A stretch of 64,000 nt of DNA from an uncultured Arcobacteraceae bacterium (lineage in GTDB: Bacteria; Campylobacterota; Campylobacteria; Campylobacterales; Arcobacteraceae). The notes under the pieces were generated by a model that saw only the letters and a list, made by a program, of their open reading frames with translations, was not told the DNA's origin and ran no database searches. The stretch is from the NCBI GenBank assembly GCA_964022095.1, contig CAXHZO010000007.1, forward strand, positions 19,391 through 83,390. Reading direction: 5' to 3'. Position 1 is the stretch's first letter. Every line of letters starts with the position of its first letter. Positions 27,632 to 36,800 of this stretch are shown in pieces. Made by a program: the position numbers and the translations under genes.

Positions 27632-28319
27632 AGTAAAAAATTTAGAAGTATTTTATGGTTTGATTAAAGCTGTAAAAGGAATCGATTTTAAAGTACAACA
27701 GGGGCAAATAGTTTCACTTATTGGTTCAAATGGAGCAGGTAAAACATCAACTTTGCAATCAATTGTAAATGATGTTAAGAAAAAAGGTGAGATTTTATTT
27801 GAAGATAGAAATATTTCTAAATTCAAAACTCATGATATCATCCAAGAAGGAATTGCATTAGTTCCAGAAGGTAGAAGAGTATTTATTAACTTAACTATTG
27901 AAGAAAACTTAAGAATGGGTGCTTTTAATAATGATGATAAGTATGAAGAACTACAAGAACATATGTTCAAACTTTTCCCAAGATTAGTGGCTAAAAAAGG
28001 TCAACTAGCTGGAACAATGAGTGGAGGGGAACAACAAATGTTAGCAATTGCAAGAGCTTTAATGAGTTCACCAAAACTTTTAATGCTAGATGAACCTTCT
28101 TTAGGACTTGCACCAAAAATTATTGGTGAATTATTTGACACTATTAAAAGACTAAAAGAAGAGGGCATCACAATTTTACTAATTGAACAAAATGCATTTG
28201 CAGCTTTAGAAATATCTGATTGGGCTTATGTCTTAGAAAATGGTGAAGTTGCCTTAGAAGGTAAAGGTGAAGACCTTATTGGCTTAGATGATATTAGAGC
28301 TAAGTATTTAGGTGCTTAA
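27624..28319 (+). CDS. livF: branched-chain amino acid ABC transporter ATPase LivF
   Basis: Start moved to the ATG at 27624 (MLKVKNLEVFYG), which overlaps the livG stop. Walker A GSNGAGKTS, signature MSGGEQQ, Walker B LMLDEPS. Confidence 0.85.
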   Translation: MLKVKNLEVFYGLIKAVKGIDFKVQQGQIVSLIGSNGAGKTSTLQSIVNDVKKKGEILFEDRNISKFKTHDIIQEGIALVPEGRRVFINLTIEENLRMGAFNNDDKYEELQEHMFKLFPRLVAKKGQLAGTMSGGEQQMLAIARALMSSPKLLMLDEPSLGLAPKIIGELFDTIKRLKEEGITILLIEQNAFAALEISDWAYVLENGEVALEGKGEDLIGLDDIRAKYLGA

Positions 28320-28407
28320 TATTTATTAAATACGGAAATTTCATAGTTTTATAAAGTTATTAATAATTTTATCTTATAATTAAATTATTATATTAAAAGA
28401 TAAAACT

Positions 28408-30180
28408 ATGAAAATTTTTCTCTTATTCTTTCTTATCCTTTCTTCATTATCTTTTTCTTATGACAATAATTTTGTTAATAAATTATATTTTCATATTGAT
28501 AAACAAAATAATTCATTTGTGAATATTAAAAATAAAGCTTTCGAAAACTTAACTAAAGAGCAAGTAAATTATGGTCTTACTCAAAATACTTCTATTTGGA
28601 TTAAACTAGAACTTCAAAATAATTCGAATAAAAATATAAACAAAGTCTTAGAAATAAACAATCCTTTACTCGAAGAACTAGTACTTTTTAATGAAAAAGA
28701 ATATATAAGTAAAAGTGGTATGTTAAATATTTCTTCAAATAGAAAAACCATAAATCCATACTTTGAACTAAATTTAGATGCAAATTCTAAAAAAACATAT
28801 TATTTGAAAGTAGTTAATAAAACTACTGCTTTGCAGTTTTCTATAAATTTTGTTGATAAAGATATATTTTTTACAAATGATATAAATAAACAATTTATGA
28901 TTATTCTTTTTTTAGGAATAATCACAGCTTTTTTTGTTTATGCTCTTGTATTGTTTTTTTATACAAAAGATAAAAGTTATCTATTTTATTCATTATATAT
29001 AGTTTTTTTACTTTTCCAACAATTAACATATGTTGGATTCTTACCTTTATATACTTCAGATAGGTTTACATATATTGATAATTTAATAGTAGTTCCTAAA
29101 GTTGGTTTTTTAATTATTGCAGGAATTCTTTTTGCAAGAAGTTTTTTAAAAACAAAAATATATAAAAAAATTGATAATATTTACAGATATATACTATATT
29201 CAGTTGTCTTCCAAATATTATTTTTATCAACTCCTTGGTTTTATTATCCTGAATTTACTATTTTAACTGGACTTATTTTTATTTGTTTTAATATGTATAC
29301 TGCAATTTACGTATATAAAAAAGGAAATAAACAAGCAAGATTTTTCATTGTTGGGTGGTCATTTTTAATTATTGGTTTCTTCTTATCTATTGTTGATGCT
29401 TTAGGGGTATATTCAATTATGTATCATTTCCCTATCTTAGTATTAGTCCTTACTAGTATTGAAGCACTATTTTTATTATTAGCTTTTGTGGATAAGATAA
29501 ATATTTTACAAAGACAAAAAACTATTTCAGATAAAAAATTATTTAAAGAATTAAAAGAGAGGAATTCTATAATTGAAAAAGAGGTTGATTCTAGAACTAA
29601 AATGTTAAATGAGTTATATAAAGAATTACATCATAGAGTAAAGAATAATCTTCAAATTATTCTTTCAATTATAAGACTACAAGGTGAAAAATTCCAAGAA
29701 GAGGTTTTAAAAGAACAATTTATTAAATTAGAAAACCGTATTAAATCAATATCTAAAACTCATGAAATTTTATATTTAAATGATGATATTGAAAAAATAG
29801 ATATGTACGAGTATATTTATAGTTTATGTGAAGATATAGAGATGTCATTTGATAGAAATGATATTAAAGTCATAATTGATACAAATACTAAAATGCCTTT
29901 AAAAGAGGCTGTTTATGTAGGTATTATAATAAATGAGTTAGTTTACAATAGTATGAAGTATGCATTAACTTGTACAAAAATAGATATAAATCTCTATAAA
30001 GATAAAAAGTTTTTTACGCTTAATATTTGTGATGATGGAGTAGGGTATGATTATAATTTAATCTCAAAAGATTCTTTAGGATTAAAGCTTGTTAATAATC
30101 TTGTATCTTCACAATTAGAAGGAAACATACAAATAAATAGTGAAAATAAATGCGAATATAATATAAGGTTTAAAATATGA
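28408..30180 (+). CDS. 7TMR-DISM-type sensor histidine kinase (extracellular DISMED2-like domain, 7 TM, HisKA_2, HATPase_c)
   Basis: Signal/extracellular ~170 aa, then seven hydrophobic helices. H-box ELHHRVKNNLQIILSIIRLQ. C-terminal ATPase (NELVYNSMKYA, DDGVG, LGLKLV). Confidence 0.8.
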   Translation: MKIFLLFFLILSSLSFSYDNNFVNKLYFHIDKQNNSFVNIKNKAFENLTKEQVNYGLTQNTSIWIKLELQNNSNKNINKVLEINNPLLEELVLFNEKEYISKSGMLNISSNRKTINPYFELNLDANSKKTYYLKVVNKTTALQFSINFVDKDIFFTNDINKQFMIILFLGIITAFFVYALVLFFYTKDKSYLFYSLYIVFLLFQQLTYVGFLPLYTSDRFTYIDNLIVVPKVGFLIIAGILFARSFLKTKIYKKIDNIYRYILYSVVFQILFLSTPWFYYPEFTILTGLIFICFNMYTAIYVYKKGNKQARFFIVGWSFLIIGFFLSIVDALGVYSIMYHFPILVLVLTSIEALFLLLAFVDKINILQRQKTISDKKLFKELKERNSIIEKEVDSRTKMLNELYKELHHRVKNNLQIILSIIRLQGEKFQEEVLKEQFIKLENRIKSISKTHEILYLNDDIEKIDMYEYIYSLCEDIEMSFDRNDIKVIIDTNTKMPLKEAVYVGIIINELVYNSMKYALTCTKIDINLYKDKKFFTLNICDDGVGYDYNLISKDSLGLKLVNNLVSSQLEGNIQINSENKCEYNIRFKI

Positions 30181-30863
30181 AAATACCAGTGTTAATTGTT
30201 GAAGATGAAAGTATTGTTGTAATGGAAATAGAGAGTTATTTAAATAGTATAGATTTTGAGGTAATAGGTACTGCAGATAATTTTAAAGATGCTTATTCTT
30301 TGGCAATAGAATATAAACCTCATATTATATTGATGGATATAAAACTAAAAGGAAATATTGATGGCATTGACACAGCAAGTAAAATATTAAATGAAATTGA
30401 TACTACTATTATATATTTAACTGCATATTGTGATGAAGAAACACTACAGCGTGTAGTAAAAACAAACCCTAGTGCATATCTTGTTAAACCTTTTAATAAA
30501 AAAGAGTTATTTGCATCACTAAAAATTGCATCTTTTTCATATAATAAAAAGAACCAAGAGTGCAATATTGAAAAAGGAGATTTTATCCTTGATGATGAAT
30601 TTAGTTTTGATAGTAAAAACCAACAGTTAATTTGTTGTAATGATTATTTACATCTTACAAAAAGAGAGCAAGAACTTTTAAATCTTTTACTTAAATCAAA
30701 AAATTCTATTGTTTATATTGATGACATTGAAAATGAAATTTGGCCAGATAAATTACCAAATGAAAATACTAGAAGAGCACTAGTTAGTAGATTAAGATCA
30801 AAATTAAAATATAAGTTTATAGAAACAATTCCTTCTATTGGATATCGAATTAATGTTAATTAA
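30177..30863 (+). CDS. response regulator, receiver + OmpR/winged-helix DNA-binding domain
   Basis: Receiver motifs VLIVEDE, ILMDIKL, LTAY, KPF. C-terminal LTKREQELLNLL...GYRI. ATGA overlap with the kinase gene. Confidence 0.85.
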   Translation: MKIPVLIVEDESIVVMEIESYLNSIDFEVIGTADNFKDAYSLAIEYKPHIILMDIKLKGNIDGIDTASKILNEIDTTIIYLTAYCDEETLQRVVKTNPSAYLVKPFNKKELFASLKIASFSYNKKNQECNIEKGDFILDDEFSFDSKNQQLICCNDYLHLTKREQELLNLLLKSKNSIVYIDDIENEIWPDKLPNENTRRALVSRLRSKLKYKFIETIPSIGYRINVN

Positions 30864-30890
30864 GAGAAAAGTTTTTTTTGCTTTTCTCTT
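30862..30890. terminator. bidirectional terminator between response regulator and giant gene
   Basis: Perfect 10-bp stem AAGAGAAAAG / CTTTTCTCTT around a T8 loop, flanked by T/A runs. Sits exactly in the 34-nt convergent gap. Confidence 0.6.
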
Positions 30891-30897
30891 TTACTTA

Positions 30898-33800
30898 TTA
30901 GTTATCTCTTACACATCTGATTAATAAACTATCTGTTTTAGGAAAACTATCTGCTCCTCCTGCTCCCCAATAATAAATCCCTATTACATTACTTATATCT
31001 AATTCTTCATCTGTCCAATATGCAGTATTTGTGTCTACAATTTGGAATACTGATTCAATGGCAGGTGTATCTGAACTATCAATAGTTGTATTTAATTCAC
31101 TTTGTGTTGGAACTCTCCATGAACTATTTGAATTATTATCATCTAAATTAACTTCATTTGAACAATAATTTGAAGCATTATCAAATACTCTTTGATTCAT
31201 AAAACTTGAGGTATCTACCCATTGTAGATTATTATCATAATCTGTGATAATGTTTAAATAGTCACTTCTTAAATAACCTGTTACATTTTGAGGTACATCA
31301 TATTGTTGTTTTTTGATTACTACATTAGAACCATCAGCGATATTTGTATTAATCATATTTCCATAAACATTAGCTCCTATATATAAAGAGTGTTTATTTG
31401 CATCTGAAATAATATCTGCGGATGTAATATTATTATAAGCAGTAGTACCGGCTTCCCAAGTATATGAACCTAAAACAACTCCATCTATGTCATTCATTAC
31501 TTTCATATGCATATTTCGAGGTGCAGTTGTTGAAGAATTATTTCTTTGTGTGTATATTACATAAGTTATACCATCAATTGTCGTAGTTCCACCTGTTGTA
31601 ATAAGATTACCTTCTCCTAGTATTTTACTCCACTGGTAATTACCATTTTTATTTCTTTTTATTATTGTTCCATGATATGATGAATCTAATACTTCTTCAT
31701 CAAAAAGTTTTAATTTTGTTTGACCAGTTGTATAAATGTCATTAGTACTATTTGTATCAATAGTAAATAATCCTGTCATATTATAATTTGCACCTCCAAC
31801 ATTTCCTCTTGAAAATTGAAAGTCTGTATTTAAATCTAATTTTGAGATATTTTTATTTATGATTGAAAGATGATTATTTTCATTATCTCCTATAAATTTC
31901 GTATAATCATCTACTAAACTTTTATTTGAAATAGCTATTCCATTTAAGTTATATGTATATATAAACGACTCTGAATTTTGATCAACATAAAGATTTATTC
32001 CACTAGCTGTTTTAGAAACTCCAATAGCTAAATCATCATTTATATCACCAACTTGATTTGCAAAAATTAAAGAACCATCAATAGTAGAAACTTTTAATAA
32101 TCCTGCATCTTGTAATCCTGCATTTGAATTATTATCAAGTGAGCCATTAGTTGTAATAGCTAAATATAAACTAGTGTCATCTATTATGAAATCATTAAAT
32201 AAATCATATTCACTACTTCCTAATAGTTTTTCCCATTTAGTTACACCATTTCTATCAATTTTTGATAAATAGATATCTCCACTTAGGTTTGTAACCCCTT
32301 CAATATTTGCAGTTGTGTTACCTGCAACATATATATTCCCATCCGTGTCTGTTTGTAATTTCATATTATAAATTGTATCAAGACCAAATCGTTTTATCCA
32401 ATCATTATCTGTACAAACAGATGTAGAGCTTTCAAAGCTAATTGAACTAATTAAATTAGCTGTTGTCATCAAAATAGTTTCATTTGTATCTTTTATTACT
32501 ATTTCAAATCCATCATTTACATCAATACAAGCAGGTACTTTTATCATAATTTCAACCCATCCATTTTCATTAGTATAATAACTATGTCTGTTTGAAGGAC
32601 TATATGAAAGATTTATAAAGTCATTATAAATAGTTTCATTAATATCTTTTATTAAATATGGTTCATCAAAAGTATTATCATCATTTGTAATTAGCATATC
32701 AAAATAAACCTCTTTATAACTCATTATATTTCCAAATCTATCAAGTGCTTGGAATTTGATATTTGATATTTCCCCTTGTTTAAGAGGTGCATTTGAAACA
32801 CTTAAAGTATTTTGAGCATTTAAAATATCAATGCTTCCATTTTGAACATATACTTGAATAGTACAGTCATAATAGTTTGTAGCTTTTATAGTTATTATCC
32901 AATTTCCAGCTTTTGTAGGGATGTTATTTGTTCCATTTACAATAAGTGATAATTTTCCTGCTACTAATGTATAATCACTACCTTCTACAAGTGGTATTTC
33001 ATCTTGTCCATAATCCTCTTGAATTGTAATACTTTCAATAGAATCTCTCCAATCTTGATCGTCAGTAAATGTAAAATCTATTTCATTTTCATCAATTGTG
33101 TGAGAGCCAATATTTATATTTGGGTAGTTTTTAGAATTTACTGATAAATTTAATATAAAATCATCACTTCCACTACTATTAGTAGCTGTTATAAGAATAT
33201 TTGAAAAATATCCAGATTGTGCTATTCCTGAAATATTTCCAGTTGTTGTGTCAATTATCATCCAAGTAGGATTATTGGCAATACTCCATGAAGTTGCAAC
33301 TCCACCTATATTGTTGATATTTAAATTTAATACTTGTCCTACTTCATATGTAGGTATTATTTGCCTCTGTAGTATTGGTACTGGTATATCGATTGTAGTA
33401 GAACTAAAAGTATCAGATATCCCTCCCACTGTTAGAATAGTATTAACTGTTGAACTATAAAGATTTGAACTTGTATGTCTAACAAATATTTGTTGAGAAT
33501 TTTCAATTGTTGTATTTATAGTGAACCAATCTTTATTATTAAATGAATATTCACCATTTGTAATACTTAAATCAACTGTTTCATTAATTCCTGTTATCGT
33601 AATAATTGATGATACTATACTTGATAGTTGTGAATCTATAACATCTATAAAAGTAAATTGGTTAGGAGTAAAGTCACCTTTATTTGGGTCTGTAATTGTT
33701 CTACTAACTAGTTGCGAAGTTTTTCCACCTATATTTAGTGTTGTTATAGTTTCAGTTGAGTATTCATCTGAACTTGTATGTCTTACTTTTATTAAACTAG

Positions 33801-36800
33801 TATTTGTAACTAAATCTTCACTAGTTTTCCATATTCCAGAATCATCAATAGTGTATTCACCATTTATTACACTAATTGGTGCATATCCATTTATTCCTTC
33901 AATTACAATATCTTTAGTAACTAAAGTACTTAATTCAACATCTTCAAAAGTTTGAAGTGAAAAATCATTTGGCGTTGTATCAGGTTCAATAACATTGATT
34001 ATATAATGTTCAACATCTTCAAATCTATCATTTTTTGCTGTAACTTTTATATCGTATGTTCCAGCAGAACCAAGTGGTGGAGTTCCTTCTAATTTAAGTG
34101 TTTTTGAACCATAGATATATTCAGATGATGTTATCCAATCTGGTTTATTCTCAATTATAAATTCATCAATATATCCATTATTTATCTCATTTTGAGAGAT
34201 GATTTCAAAATCAACTTTATTGTATTCATTTTCATTTTTTAAAGTGATATTTAAAGGAGGATATGAATAAATATTAGGTTCTGATTTTGCTAACCAAGTG
34301 GTAAAATATTTATGTACAACTAGATTATCATCTTGAACATTGATTCTAAATTTAGTTTTTATACTACTATCTTTTAGAGGTAAATCAACAGTCATATTAC
34401 AATTTCCATCACTACTACACGTTAATTTAGCTCTTTGTAGAAAATTCACTTCATCTGTATTTGTTCCTGTATAATACTCTTCGTCAGTTTCTGGATTCAT
34501 TTGAGTAAAAGTTACATTTAAATCATTCATTGAACTTTCATTATCAACAACTTTAAAGTTGATTGATGTATGGAAGTTATTAGAATGTTCCATAATATGT
34601 ATTTGCTCAAAATCAGTTCCGAAGATCTCAGGTTCAGTATTATCTATATGAAATGTATCTATGATACTTAAAGCATCACTGTTTATAGATAAATCATCTT
34701 TTAATTTATGACCAATAGCAAGAATATACCTTGAATCTAAAAAAACTGATTCTTTTGCTTCATATTTAATATTCTCTTCAAATATTTTTGTGTAAGGAAA
34801 ATCTAAAGTATCTCTTTTTAAATCATCAGGATAAACAGTTAACCAATCACTTAAAAAATATGGATAAATATCATTTTCTATGTAGTTACTTGCATGAACT
34901 CTTTCTTTTTGAACATCTCCAAATCTATAGTTTTTATTATCTGCATTATAAATTAAATTTATTACACCAACAAATGTACTATCTAGATAGTTGTAATTGA
35001 TAACTTTTACTTTTGCAAGTCTATTAACAATTCCTGAATTTATGTTTTTCATTTTGTTTTTTAAACTACTACCAAAAGGATTTACTAAACCTGTTCCTTT
35101 ATTATAACTATGATGAGAAAATGTATATTGTCTTAAATCTATTGGTCTAAAAGTATTATCTTTAAACTCATAAAGTGTCAAATATGTTTCATCAATCCAA
35201 TACTCTTGAGTATTTAAATAGTCATCATAACTTATATGTTTGATTTTTGCAGATTTTAGTAGTACCGTTTCATCATCTATTAATAGAATATCTTGAGGGA
35301 CATGCGCTAATATTTCTTCTTTTATAAGTGTAATACTATCTTTTGTTACAGTATATACCAAGATTTTTCCATCATTTTGATCTATATTTGGAAGGATAGC
35401 AAAAACTTGTATTGTATTTTCATTCACTCTTTTTGTTGTTACATGAATAGGTGCAGAACCTATTGGAAATTTAATTTCACCTCTAACATCACCATAAGTA
35501 TCTCCATCTTTTATATCTAATATTGCTAGTCTTGCTTGTTCATTAAAATATTCATATTCTTTTTTAAATACAAGTAGATTATTTGTATCAATGAAACTGA
35601 TATTATTGATTGCATCACTTGTAAACCTTCTATGGTTTTTTAATTGTATAAGAGGTTTGTATTGTTCTTCTAAGGCAGCACTATTAATCCCTAATCCCCA
35701 AGATAGATTTTTATTTTCATCTATATTTGCAATTTTAATTTGGTCTTCATAGTCATAAATTATTGCTTTATTATTATATACATCATAAAGACGCATTTCA
35801 TTAGCTAATAAAAAATCTCTTTCTTTTAAATTTAATAATGAGTAATCCATAGGTTCTTTTGCATTATTAGGATTACTATCAACTATTGCATCTTCAACAT
35901 TTATTATTTCATAGTCTATAAAATCTCCTAGTTGGATATCTATATGAAATGATATTAAAGCACTTGGGTCATTTATTCTATCTCTATTATGAGCTAATTG
36001 TTTTTCTCTATTTTCTGTATCTATAATTTCAACAGAAGTAGCTAGATTAACAGCATCGTATACAGGATAATCAGTTACAGACAATCTATAACTATTATTT
36101 CCTAAAGGTGTCCATCTAAATCCATCTACATTATTATATAAATCTTCTAAATAAAATGTTTTAGATAATACTCCAATCATGTCATCATCAACACCTCCTC
36201 CATCTCCTTCAAAAAGTCCTATTTCTAAATAAATAGATGCAGTGTTATTTGAACTTGGGTATGAAGCATCATATAAAGAAAAATCTGTACCAATATTTAA
36301 AAAATCTCCATCTTTAATACCATTGTAGTTTTTACTTTTTAATAAATATCCTTTAAAAGGTAAATTAGGAAGGGTTTTATAATTGTTTGTGCCATTGTCA
36401 TATATTAGTTCTCCATTTATCATATATGGAGCATTTGATGCAAATGAACCATTATATGTAGGATTTTCGTCACTAATTACACCAACTCTTGTTCTTAACT
36501 TTACTTCTGCATTTCCATCTTCTAAATTATGAATTATATGTACAGAATCTAGTGTAACACTTGTGTCAACTACTGGTAAAGAATCTACTTCTTTTATAGT
36601 TATATTTGAACGAGTTTTTCTATTTTCAAAACTTGAATAAAAATAGTTAGCTTCAGATCTCATAGTATTGTATCCTTGAGAACCTAATCCTCCAAGAGTA
36701 TCATTTACATCTAATAAGTTATTAAATATATCAATACCCTCTGCAAAAGATGATAGTTTTTCAGCTGTTGCTAATGTGGCTAAACTTTGAGCATTTGCTG

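Noticed and set aside
28364-28404. 9-bp inverted repeat TTTTATCTT / AAGATAAAA just upstream of the 7TMR-DISM kinase start.
   Set aside because: It is pure A/T, short and a single occurrence. It could be an operator, but the evidence is too thin to call.
33248-35000. Plus-strand ORFs (33248-33460, 33521-33955, 34788-35000) inside the giant gene.
   Set aside because: They are antisense to an uninterrupted 8.6 kb ORF with clear domain content. Their translations are hydrophobic low-complexity strings without start context.
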